Part shown: piece after piece, positions 1 through 8,550 of the stretch | Numbering within the stretch: position 1 is the stretch's first letter | Layout: each line of letters begins with the position of its first letter | Virus record (IMG/VR): IMGVR_UViG_3300040758_000113 | DNA: 42,839 nt | Direction: 5' to 3' (one strand) | Source of the DNA: a virus | Program-made: the position numbers and the translations under genes | The notes under the pieces: model-generated | What the model saw: only the letters and a program-made list of their open reading frames with translations | Database searches by the model: none | Told to the model about the DNA's origin: nothing

Positions 1-548
1 GCCTTGGGAGCCTTCTGCGTAGGCCGGGGATTGGCGGCAATGATCCCCTCCGCTTTGTCAACGGCGAACTGCAATCCCCAATAGGAGAAGCGCTCATCCT
101 GCCAAGCTTTCTTGGTGAGGAGAGAATCCTCATCCTCTTCCCAGTCCGGGGAGTCCTGACCTGACGCTATCTTGGCAACCTTATCCCGGTCGGCAACCAT
201 CCAGTCTTCTTCTCCGGGAAGTTTGTAGCCTTGCAGTCTACGCCAGATGTTGGGAACCCGCTTCTTATTGTATCTCTCCGGGAGGTAGCTCTTGATTCCC
301 TTCCATTTCGGATTCATGAACTGCATCAGGGCAAAGTACATCGCCTTGCCCAGTCCGTATCCCCGATGCCGTGGTTTCACTTCCACCAGTGCAATCCCGA
401 GATAGTCGTTCAGGGGTCCACTGTCGCTCTGTCGTTTGGTAGATAGTTTGCCAACACATTTGTTGTCCTCCGTCCATGCCGTAATATATTTAGCGTCTCC
501 GGGGTCATCTACAACGATACGGTAGCTTCCTATATGGGCTACCACATT
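1..548 (-). CDS. GNAT-family N-acetyltransferase, partial (3' end beyond window); probable GTG start at 548
   Basis: My own minus-strand translation gives ...LGIALVEVKPRHRGYGLGKAMYFAL..., the acetyl-CoA-binding motif A of GNATs (R/Q-x-x-G-x-G/A). The frame stays open to position 1 with no stop. A GTG at 548-546 is preceded by AGGAAG. The ORF is in the same frame as the upstream ORF 558-2126, separated only by the TAG at 558-560. Confidence 0.5.
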
Positions 549-557
549 CTTGTCTTC

Positions 558-2126
558 CTATTGTTCTACGGAGGCAATCTTTCTTGGCTCTGGTAGCACT
601 GTGATATTCTTGGGGGGAACAAGGTGGGTTGAATATGAAAGAACACCAGTTTCTCCCATTCCCAAGGGGTCCTTTGCCAAACGCATCCCCTCAGTCTTGA
701 TGCGAAGAGTAACCAACTCATCATCCTTGCCCCGTATAAACTCGGCGAGAAGGTTTTTCCAATAATCCACTCCCTCAATCGCCGTCAGAAATACTAAACC
801 CCGGTTCTCCTCAAAGGGGAAGTTCGGCTCCTTTTGGGGAACCAGTCCCTCTTGAAGTATCTTAGGAACCCGGCTCTTAAAAGTCACGTGATAGAGAATC
901 TCGGGAATCTCCTCAGCGGTCTTGGGGACCAACGCCGAGCCGGTGCCCTTTCGTTGATACTCCGGGTCGTTAAGGTCGGTGATTACCACTCGCCAATCAT
1001 CTTCTTCTCCGGGGTGGAATTGGTCGCAGGTGATGTCGATGATTTTATCCTGCGTCTCTACCCACCAATGTAGTCCATGCCTTCCTACTTGTAAATACTC
1101 ACCCTTCTCCGGTCCTTCTCCATAATACCCACCCGCCCGATGGGCATCAGGGAAACCATGTTCCCGCAGAAACTTCGCTAACAGGTCCGCCAAACAGAGG
1201 CACTGTTCACGGAAACAGGATTTGTCCTCTAACCACTCATACCAATCCTCTTGTTCCTCTCGGAACTGCCATACGAGCTTGGCAAGTGTATCCTCCTCAG
1301 CGGCCCTTCTCCACCTGATGACCTGAATCTGCTTCTTAATGGCCGCTTTGATATTTTCGGGAAGTGGGTAGTTGCAACCGATTGACCCATCATCTTCTAC
1401 CCAGAATATGGTGATATCTCCACTGGTCTTTCCATGGGAGTCTCCCCATGGGGTATCGCCCCAGCCGATGGCGGGTCCACCACCTTGCGGACCTTCGGGG
1501 GCACGAGGGTCGGTTTTGGTCCAGTCGTATTCACTCTGTTCCCTCTCCAGAATCGGCTGGCTGAATATGTGGCTGTGGTGCCATCCACCCGCCTTGCACT
1601 CCTGATAGTTGTGGGCTTCTTCAATGTGCCCATCCAGCAAGGACACCGCTCCCAAGGAAAACGGCTTGCCATTCCAACGGGCGTTGTCTCTTGTGAGCGC
1701 AGCGGTCTTGGGTCTTGGGATAAGCTCGATATGCTTTACTTCGTTCTCCTCCACTACCCGTACTTCCTGCACCGCAGGAGCCTGCTGTTTCTTACGCACA
1801 GAATCCCGGTCGGTACCCTCCGCCTTACAAATTGGGCAGTGGCGGGACAGACCACCACTGTTCTTGAGTTTGCGCTCGAACTCACGAGTCACTCCACTCC
1901 AAATACGAGCCACGGTAAATTCTACATGTCGCTGATGGGCAACCTCCATAAGTCTGGCCCGTGAAGTCCCATTCATATGTAAAGCAATGCGGGCCTCGGG
2001 GTCTAAAGCAAATCCGCAATAATGGCGAACCCTTGCTTGAGACCCATGAAAAATCCCACCTCCTAAGAAGTGAAGAAGATACACAGAGCCTATTTGATTT
2101 TTATCAGCTTGTATATCAAATGACAA
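558..2126 (-). CDS. Large multidomain (polyvalent-type) protein: N-terminal GIY-YIG-like nuclease domain, C4-type zinc motif, papain-fold Cys-His-Asp module; TTG start as given by the ORF track
   Basis: N-terminus GSVYLLHF...RHYCGFALDPEARIALHMNG fits the GIY...YIG...R...H pattern. It is followed by HCPICK. Residues ~311-368 read CLCLADLL...HGLHWWVETQDKIIDITCDQF, which parallels NCGFIAD...HVWNVSEDGTIIDITHDQF in ORF 2782-6039. GGAGG sits 5 nt upstream of the TTG. Confidence 0.45.
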   Translation of the reverse strand: MSFDIQADKNQIGSVYLLHFLGGGIFHGSQARVRHYCGFALDPEARIALHMNGTSRARLMEVAHQRHVEFTVARIWSGVTREFERKLKNSGGLSRHCPICKAEGTDRDSVRKKQQAPAVQEVRVVEENEVKHIELIPRPKTAALTRDNARWNGKPFSLGAVSLLDGHIEEAHNYQECKAGGWHHSHIFSQPILEREQSEYDWTKTDPRAPEGPQGGGPAIGWGDTPWGDSHGKTSGDITIFWVEDDGSIGCNYPLPENIKAAIKKQIQVIRWRRAAEEDTLAKLVWQFREEQEDWYEWLEDKSCFREQCLCLADLLAKFLREHGFPDAHRAGGYYGEGPEKGEYLQVGRHGLHWWVETQDKIIDITCDQFHPGEEDDWRVVITDLNDPEYQRKGTGSALVPKTAEEIPEILYHVTFKSRVPKILQEGLVPQKEPNFPFEENRGLVFLTAIEGVDYWKNLLAEFIRGKDDELVTLRIKTEGMRLAKDPLGMGETGVLSYSTHLVPPKNITVLPEPRKIASVEQ

Positions 2127-2137
2127 ACTTTCCTCCT

Positions 2138-2752
2138 CTACTTTTTATTAAAACGTAACCACCTAGCCATTGATTCAAAAATTTCGGGATTAGTTTCATT
2201 TTGTTTTATGCAATTAGCTTTGTAGGATATAACAGCGATGTTGCCAACCACATATCCTCCTTTAGGGTCAATCCTATCAAGTGATGGGGATTGACGTTGA
2301 GGCCCCATTCCAGTTTTATTGGACTCTAATTCAATTCCTAAAATTGGGCACTTATTGTCTTTTGGCCACGCTTTCTTAATATCTTCCATGGTGATTCCAA
2401 ACTCTAGTCCTCCCTCTCTTGCTCGTCCTTTAGCTGAATGATACATTTTGTATTCTCGTTGTGTTCTTGCTCGGATAGCCCGTCGTGCATGAGACTGTTC
2501 AATGTGACATTGGTAACATTCTGTATTTCTTACAAACCGTTTTGACGTGTGTCCCTCCGAACAAGGACGAGGGAAAGAATAGAATTTTTCTCCTTGGTTT
2601 TTGGCTGCCTTCCTTACCTCCTCTTCCTCCTTTGAGTGTCCCCGAATTACCTTGATTCCCTTATGGGATTCACTAATTTTTCTTCGGTGGTCACTAGAAA
2701 GCTCTGACCCCTTATTCCAAGGAATGTTACCCTTTTCGTATTTTCTGCCCAT
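2138..2752 (-). CDS. HNH homing endonuclease with NUMOD3-like repeats
   Basis: GNIPWNKG...RRKISESHKG (NUMOD3-like) plus C-terminal CPILGIEL...SLDRIDPKGGYVVGNIAVISYKANCIKQN, a phage HNH_3-type motif. Confidence 0.7.
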   Translation of the reverse strand: MGRKYEKGNIPWNKGSELSSDHRRKISESHKGIKVIRGHSKEEEEVRKAAKNQGEKFYSFPRPCSEGHTSKRFVRNTECYQCHIEQSHARRAIRARTQREYKMYHSAKGRAREGGLEFGITMEDIKKAWPKDNKCPILGIELESNKTGMGPQRQSPSLDRIDPKGGYVVGNIAVISYKANCIKQNETNPEIFESMARWLRFNKK

Positions 2753-2781
2753 CCATATCCTCCTATAGATGGGTTGAAAAG

Positions 2782-5700
2782 TTAACTTTCATTAGAAAAC
2801 CTAGGATTCATTAAAGGACCAAATTGCTCATCCAAGTACCCCTCTTTCTCTGCCTTCTCTTCCTGCTTTTCCCTCAATGTTCCGTTAAGGTCCCAAGATG
2901 GGTCAGGTTCATTCATGCCAAAGCGTACAAGGCCAAGTTCCTCAAGCAAATCCTCATTGAGTTTGCGCCAGACCTTTCCATCCCACATCTCTATCCGACT
3001 GGCGGGGATGGTCTTTTGGGTAAAGAAGGCTTCGGCACCAGCATCACCCGTTCCATATTCATCTTCCTCAAACCCGTAACGTTTGTACTCCTTGATGCGC
3101 AAGACTACGGGAATCATGCCATCAGAAACGGGGCTATCTGAGTTGTGGTAAGCCCACTCCTCCACTCTACTGACCCAGAACCCCACGCCCCGTGGGTCAG
3201 AGAAGAAAATACGCCCCTCAGTGTGCCAACCGTAATTCTCACCGATGACCGGGGGATGACCGGGTTCCAACCCCTGCCAGATGATATCCTCAAGTCGGTT
3301 GGCATAGGTCACATGATAGACATACCCCACCGTGGCGGCTTCCTTGGGGATAACCCACGAGGAAGAAGCGGTTACATTCTTCCAAGCTGCCGGGGGTTGA
3401 TGCCATGAATTTTCACTGGTTCCCTTCCAACCGAGTATCTGCGGGTGTGTTCCCTCCTTTAAGCGTATCTCCTTTTCCTCTTCTCCAAGGGAGGGGTCAA
3501 GGTTCACCCAGACGGTTGCCTCCCAGTCAACATCCTGCTCCTGCACTTGTGCATGAATGATGTATTTCTGATACCCCGGTCCAAAGTTTCCCCAGTGTGC
3601 TTCGGCGGCATTTTCATCCCGTGACCAGAAAACCCCGATACCCCGGCGCTTTAATCCCCTGATGTCTTTGAGGGTAACTACCCGGTAGACATCCAATGGG
3701 AAGGACCACATGGAGTGGTCGCCAAGAACATCATAGTACCGGTTCTCCAAATCTTCATAGGCCCGACGCTCCAGATATTCCTGTTGCTCCTTCTGCTCCA
3801 GAGCATCGAAAGCTTCCGTCTCCGCCCGGTCATAGGGTTCCCACTGGTCCCAACTGGAGCCAAACCCATTGACAATCTTCTCAATCCCGCCTTCTTTCTT
3901 AACGAACTCATCCCACGACGGGAAGTGAGCAACAGGAGAGGCGGTCATCGTAAGCTTGGCCTGCTCCTCCAGAACGTTCATAGGAATAATCGCCTTATTA
4001 CCACCCTCGCATTCCGGTTGGTTAGCGTATCCCTCTAGCCCCTCGCCTTCACTCAAGCTCTCGAAGTCATTCTCCCTATGGGGCGTCTGCTTGTGGGAGT
4101 CTGCTGTTTTTATAGACTTGTCTACTATGTCAATCTTCTCAATTTGGTTGACGCTTATCGGCTGTTTCTGTCTTACCGTTTCCATATATCGAAAGCTGTC
4201 TTTCCATGTTATCCCATAGCGGTCATTAAGCTCATCATACCGCCTGACATACTCATCCGATAGTGAATATCCCTCACCCATATCCCGCCTGCTCATGGTG
4301 AGATAGTTGACTAGCCAAGTGAGATTTTGACTCACCCTTGCCTGTTTCCTGATAGCATCCAACCCCACCTTCTGAGAGGAAGTCTTTTTCAGTTCTTCCA
4401 TATCTTCATCAGGCTGGGACTCCTCGTTCACTACTCCATTACCACAGATGGGACAGGCGTTCGCTTCATCCTCTGGGAGATACTGCCAGCAGTAAGCGTG
4501 GTAGTCATCGTACCCCGGCTGACCGGGCTTGACCACGTTGATATCGGGTGGTCCAAACTGGTCATGGGTGATGTCTATGATGGTTCCGTCTTCCGAGACG
4601 TTCCAAACATGGTCGATTTGCTTGCCGTTGTCTTCCAAGTACAGCCCGGCATAAACATCCCAACCATACTTTTTAGAAGCGGAGTCAGCAATGAATCCGC
4701 AGTTACCCTGACCCCTCACGGCGGTGGTATCCCCCATGCGCAACTCCGTGCGCAGAGCACGAGCCTCATCCAAGACCTCGGGAGTGGGCTGAGTATTCAC
4801 AGCGGATGCCTTACTTTGCTGGTAAGCATCCGACCTGTCTTTGAGGTCTTGAAACCACTTCTCGGTTTTCTTCTGTCGCCGGGACCGAGACCACTCCCTC
4901 ATTTTCTCATAAATCTCCTGCCTCTTGGCACGCTCCTCGGCAACACTTGCCGGGGGCTTTTCATCCCATTGCAAACGGAGGTCTGGCATTTTCATCAATG
5001 CCTCGGCAGCGAGAATCAAACCATGGTTATCCTTGTGGGGGTACTCCCAATGCCTAGAACCAATATTAGGGGCATCAACGAAATCTTGGTCGGTGGTCTG
5101 AGTCAGCCGGTACTCTTCCATGTTCTTGCCGCTCATCCATATTTTCTGTTTGCCAGAAATGCGGATAGACGCCTGCCAACGGGGAGAACCCCAGCTAGTA
5201 CGAGAGACTAAAACAAAGAAGGGACGCTCGGTAAACTGTTTCTCGTAACTCTCATCAGATTTATTTGTGATGAAGTCTTTGCCGTGTTTGGCGTTCCAAC
5301 GGTTGGCTATCTCCTTAAAGACCCCACCATGCCCACCTTCGATTCTCACTATCCTATCGAAGACCTTTCCTCCGGGGTAGGTTGACCACACCTTAAGCAT
5401 CTGTTCGTGGTGTACAAGCTCGTGGGCAATGATACGGCGGAGGGTCTCCTCATCATGACAAATGGCTTTTTGAAGGACGATAGTGGTATTGGGTTCCCCG
5501 TGCCGCCACTCGGTCCGGCCTAGCCACTTGGAGCGGGTATAGTCGGCAATCCTGATTTGTGGCTCCGGGAGGCTGGGGTCCACATCCGGCATGAGGCTGT
5601 GAAGCACATTGATGACCTCTCCGTAGTCCAAAGCCTCATCGGCGGCAATGACTCCCCGCTCCTTCAAAGACTTCCTAAGTTCCCCACCCTCTCCCGTGGT

Positions 5701-6039
5701 GCCGCTGCTAACAATTTGCTCACCGGGAAACTCTGCCTTGAGCTTCTCGTACATGGCGGTCGCCACACCACGGCGACGGTATTCCGGCTGAACATGAACG
5801 TACTTTATCCAAATTTCGTTATCGTACTCCGAAAAGTCCACGTAGCCAATACGTGTTCCCTGTTGGGTCTCCTTGCCGTCTGGACCGGTCGCCCATACCC
5901 CGCCACCCTCCAGCCAAGCTTCTACCCTGCCGGAAAGCTCTCCTCGGTGGGAATCATGGATTTCCAAACGAACTGTCATGGGGGGCGCTTCCCCGGATGC
6001 CCCGGCTGTCGGTTGAAGCAATGGATTGAGTGAACTCAT
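2782..6039 (-). CDS. Very large (1085 aa) polyvalent-type protein: GNAT acetyltransferase + SprT-like zincin (HExxH) + papain-fold Cys/His/Asp module + further uncharacterised C-terminal modules
   Basis: GNAT motif VQPEYRRRGVATAMYEKL (~5740-5820). TLRRIIAHELVHHE HExxH (5410-5424), SprT-like. QGNCGFIADS...DHVWNV...IIDITHDQF (4561-4701) parallels the module in ORF 558-2126. ATG start at 6039. Confidence 0.55.
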   Translation of the reverse strand: MSSLNPLLQPTAGASGEAPPMTVRLEIHDSHRGELSGRVEAWLEGGGVWATGPDGKETQQGTRIGYVDFSEYDNEIWIKYVHVQPEYRRRGVATAMYEKLKAEFPGEQIVSSGTTGEGGELRKSLKERGVIAADEALDYGEVINVLHSLMPDVDPSLPEPQIRIADYTRSKWLGRTEWRHGEPNTTIVLQKAICHDEETLRRIIAHELVHHEQMLKVWSTYPGGKVFDRIVRIEGGHGGVFKEIANRWNAKHGKDFITNKSDESYEKQFTERPFFVLVSRTSWGSPRWQASIRISGKQKIWMSGKNMEEYRLTQTTDQDFVDAPNIGSRHWEYPHKDNHGLILAAEALMKMPDLRLQWDEKPPASVAEERAKRQEIYEKMREWSRSRRQKKTEKWFQDLKDRSDAYQQSKASAVNTQPTPEVLDEARALRTELRMGDTTAVRGQGNCGFIADSASKKYGWDVYAGLYLEDNGKQIDHVWNVSEDGTIIDITHDQFGPPDINVVKPGQPGYDDYHAYCWQYLPEDEANACPICGNGVVNEESQPDEDMEELKKTSSQKVGLDAIRKQARVSQNLTWLVNYLTMSRRDMGEGYSLSDEYVRRYDELNDRYGITWKDSFRYMETVRQKQPISVNQIEKIDIVDKSIKTADSHKQTPHRENDFESLSEGEGLEGYANQPECEGGNKAIIPMNVLEEQAKLTMTASPVAHFPSWDEFVKKEGGIEKIVNGFGSSWDQWEPYDRAETEAFDALEQKEQQEYLERRAYEDLENRYYDVLGDHSMWSFPLDVYRVVTLKDIRGLKRRGIGVFWSRDENAAEAHWGNFGPGYQKYIIHAQVQEQDVDWEATVWVNLDPSLGEEEKEIRLKEGTHPQILGWKGTSENSWHQPPAAWKNVTASSSWVIPKEAATVGYVYHVTYANRLEDIIWQGLEPGHPPVIGENYGWHTEGRIFFSDPRGVGFWVSRVEEWAYHNSDSPVSDGMIPVVLRIKEYKRYGFEEDEYGTGDAGAEAFFTQKTIPASRIEMWDGKVWRKLNEDLLEELGLVRFGMNEPDPSWDLNGTLREKQEEKAEKEGYLDEQFGPLMNPRFSNES

Positions 6040-6117
6040 ATAACCCTTGGTTTTTCAAGTCCGGGGACAAGTTTCCCCCTGATTGAGAAATAGGAAGTCG
6101 GGTTGTTTTCAGTAGGG

Positions 6118-6969
6118 TTAAGTGGTTCTCTCATTTACCTTGAGCATAAGCAAAGGATGATATCCGCAGGTACAAGGTTTGCCACGGTTGATGTTCCAGC
6201 GTTGGCAATGCCCTTTTTTAGTCATATAAGACAGGTGTCCTGGCTTGGACATAGTTTTTTTACCATTCAAACTTATGGTAGCTGCTCGTTTCTTAACCCC
6301 CTCCATCATTTTATATCGAGTTTGGGGGTCTGACCATAGCTTCTTAACTAACTCAGATTGTCTGGTGCGAAGCTCTAAATCAGACCACCCCGCATTTACT
6401 GCTTTGGCTTGTTTAGTACGAGCCTCATAAGTAGAAAATCTTTTCCTATTAGCCTTAGATTTTCTATCTCTTACTTCTGGGCTCCTCAGTTTTTTAACAA
6501 CTTTGTCACGGAACTCCGAATCTTGCCATAATTTTTTGATAGACTCGGAATGTTTGGCTTGAGTTTCAGGGTCTTTCCATGCTTCTTTCAACGCCATAGT
6601 TAATCTGGTAATAAATGTGGGGTCGGCTAGTCGATTTTTGGCAATTTCCTTTGCTTCTTCTGAGGTAAATCCCTCTCCTCCTCGACGGATGTTGTAACCA
6701 TATTCAGGGTCTTGGGCTTTTAGAAAAATAATAAAATCCTTTTCGACTTGGTCTAACTCTTCTTTTGTTTGGATATCCGAACGGAGAGCATGAATGCTGA
6801 AACTACTTCTTCCATATTTTCTTATAGCGGCGTAAAGATGGGAGGACCCGCCTAAACCATGTTCCGCTTCCCAAAATTTTTTGTGAAGATATTTGCGGAG
6901 GTCTCTACCCTTATGCTGACCGATGTAGTATTTTCCTGTGATGTGATTAGCGATAAGGTATATGAACAT
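6118..6969 (-). CDS. GIY-YIG homing endonuclease (I-TevI/Seg-like) with NUMOD-type repeats
   Basis: N-terminus MFIYLIANHITGKYYIGQHKG is the GIY-YIG signature. Basic repeats follow in the C-terminal half. GGGGG RBS upstream of the ATG at 6969. Confidence 0.75.
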   Translation of the reverse strand: MFIYLIANHITGKYYIGQHKGRDLRKYLHKKFWEAEHGLGGSSHLYAAIRKYGRSSFSIHALRSDIQTKEELDQVEKDFIIFLKAQDPEYGYNIRRGGEGFTSEEAKEIAKNRLADPTFITRLTMALKEAWKDPETQAKHSESIKKLWQDSEFRDKVVKKLRSPEVRDRKSKANRKRFSTYEARTKQAKAVNAGWSDLELRTRQSELVKKLWSDPQTRYKMMEGVKKRAATISLNGKKTMSKPGHLSYMTKKGHCQRWNINRGKPCTCGYHPLLMLKVNERTT

Positions 6970-7002
6970 AATAAGCCCCCTATAAAGGAACCCATAGTTC
7001 AG

Positions 7003-7278
7003 TTACCTGTGAAACCTAATAGTGGTCTTAGCGTGAAGGGGAATGACGGTGTAATCGTACTCGTCCGCTTCCTCATTCTTCTCCGTTATGATGACTAAGT
7101 AGTGTCCTATCTTGGCGATAAGACCGACTGCGGTAATCTTGGAACCGATAAAGTCCCCGCCCAGCTTAACCTTCTCAAAATCGGGGAGGGGTTTTCTGCC
7201 TTCCGAATAAGCATCTTCCCAGTCCACCTCGCCGGGGCGGAATCGCACACCTTTGATTATTACTCCCTTCGGCTTCAT
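7003..7278 (-). CDS. Hypothetical small protein (ATG at 7278; ORF track uses GTG at 7284)
   Basis: ORF with AGGTAGG RBS before the ATG at 7278. No recognisable motifs. Confidence 0.35.
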   Translation of the reverse strand: MKPKGVIIKGVRFRPGEVDWEDAYSEGRKPLPDFEKVKLGGDFIGSKITAVGLIAKIGHYLVIITEKNEEADEYDYTVIPLHAKTTIRFHR

Positions 7279-7341
7279 GGTCACCTACCTATGAATATTA
7301 CCGGATTTGGGGTCCTTCAACCATGCGCCCGGAAGTTTTCT

Positions 7342-8496
7342 TTATCTCATTGAGTTCAGCACCTTAAAGTAGATGGAGCCGGTCATTGGCTTTTTCTCAA
7401 GCTTTTCTGGGGTTTCTGGTTTGGCCGGTTCGGACTTTTCTTCCTTTTTTACCGGCTTCTGGGCAAACCGGCACCAGTCGTCGGCGTCCACCTCAATGGT
7501 GCCGTCCGGGAGCTTTTTTTCTTGTAGCTCCGGGTCTACCATGACCACGGGATGCTTACAGGAGTCTACTTCTACCCCCTCGGCATTCTTGGAGTGGGGT
7601 GTCCTGTGGCGGCAGTCCATGCAGGTCGCTGGGCCGTCATGCCAGAAACCTGAAAGCTTTGACCCTGCCATGTCATATTCTGTCCCTTTTATTTTCTCCA
7701 AAAGTCCCTCTGTCTTGTTCAAACTACCCATTTTATTCTCCTTGTGTGTAGATTTCCATTCACGGAGCCAAACATCATCCTTGGTCCAGCTTGTCACTGT
7801 CCCCCGTATAGGCAGATAATTCTTCAACTGACGCTTGATGATATCTTCGGGGTCGATTATGTTCGACCGATAAGTCATAGCAAAACGATTCTCCTCATCC
7901 AAAACCTGTACCGTCCACATAGCATGAGGTTCACCCCGACGTAACTTCTTAGGGTTTAAGGGTAAAATGTATATCTCAACTCCTTGCTCCTCGAATGCAA
8001 CTTCCCCAGTATCAAACTTTTTAAGTGTTGCTGTCTTTTTCCTGTCCTCATCCCCTTCTTGATGCTCCTCCACTTTAGTGCGGAGAGAACCAAGGTCTGT
8101 CTCAAACACGTCCCCCAGCCTTTCTTCTTCCCATCCTTTAGGGTAGTGGACAAGATACGCCTGCTGAGCATGTTCTAATGTATCAAATCCCAGCATCACT
8201 TTAAATTCATCCGGGGTCTCCCCATTAGCCTTCAATTGTTCTACTATATAAACTTTATCAGAGTGAGGGTAGGGGCCTATATAGCAGTCCAATCCTTCAT
8301 CATCTTTACCATTTACACCGATAAAATGCCCATAATCGAAGTGCATTTTCCTTCGCCACGTCTTGCCGTCTTCATCAGTACCGACACGCTCCAACCCCGC
8401 TGGCCACTCAATCAGAATGGGCATACCCCGAAATTCGGTAGTATGCATCTGCGAAAGCTTGGCTTGAATTAATTTCTTTTCAGATTCCATGAGCAA
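7342..8496 (-). CDS. Hypothetical protein with C-terminal Cys/His cluster
   Basis: 384-aa ORF packed tightly with its neighbours. C-terminus CMDCRHRTPH...CKHP suggests zinc binding. No confident family assignment. Confidence 0.45.
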   Translation of the reverse strand: MLMESEKKLIQAKLSQMHTTEFRGMPILIEWPAGLERVGTDEDGKTWRRKMHFDYGHFIGVNGKDDEGLDCYIGPYPHSDKVYIVEQLKANGETPDEFKVMLGFDTLEHAQQAYLVHYPKGWEEERLGDVFETDLGSLRTKVEEHQEGDEDRKKTATLKKFDTGEVAFEEQGVEIYILPLNPKKLRRGEPHAMWTVQVLDEENRFAMTYRSNIIDPEDIIKRQLKNYLPIRGTVTSWTKDDVWLREWKSTHKENKMGSLNKTEGLLEKIKGTEYDMAGSKLSGFWHDGPATCMDCRHRTPHSKNAEGVEVDSCKHPVVMVDPELQEKKLPDGTIEVDADDWCRFAQKPVKKEEKSEPAKPETPEKLEKKPMTGSIYFKVLNSMR

Positions 8497-8550
8497 CTTG
8501 CGGTAAACGGGTATTAAATGATTACCGAACTCCTTATTAGAGGATTCCCA

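Noticed and set aside
231-477. ORF-track ORFs 231-446 (+) and 265-477 (-)
   Set aside because: Both are out-of-frame shadows of the GNAT frame, which has a clear acetyl-CoA-binding motif and stays open to the window edge.
4327-5211. 294-aa plus-strand ORF inside the 1085-aa gene
   Set aside because: Entirely antisense to a motif-bearing minus-strand ORF. Composition (Leu/Pro/Gly-rich, no motifs) is typical of a shadow frame. The same reasoning applies to other + ORFs such as 5557-6033, 14556-15146, 29032-29499, 32605-33246, 34813-35463, 37909-38544 and 40032-41006.
6040-6117. Weak ggggacaagtttcccc palindrome upstream of the 1085-aa gene
   Set aside because: Only 4-5 bp of pairing; not distinguishable from chance.
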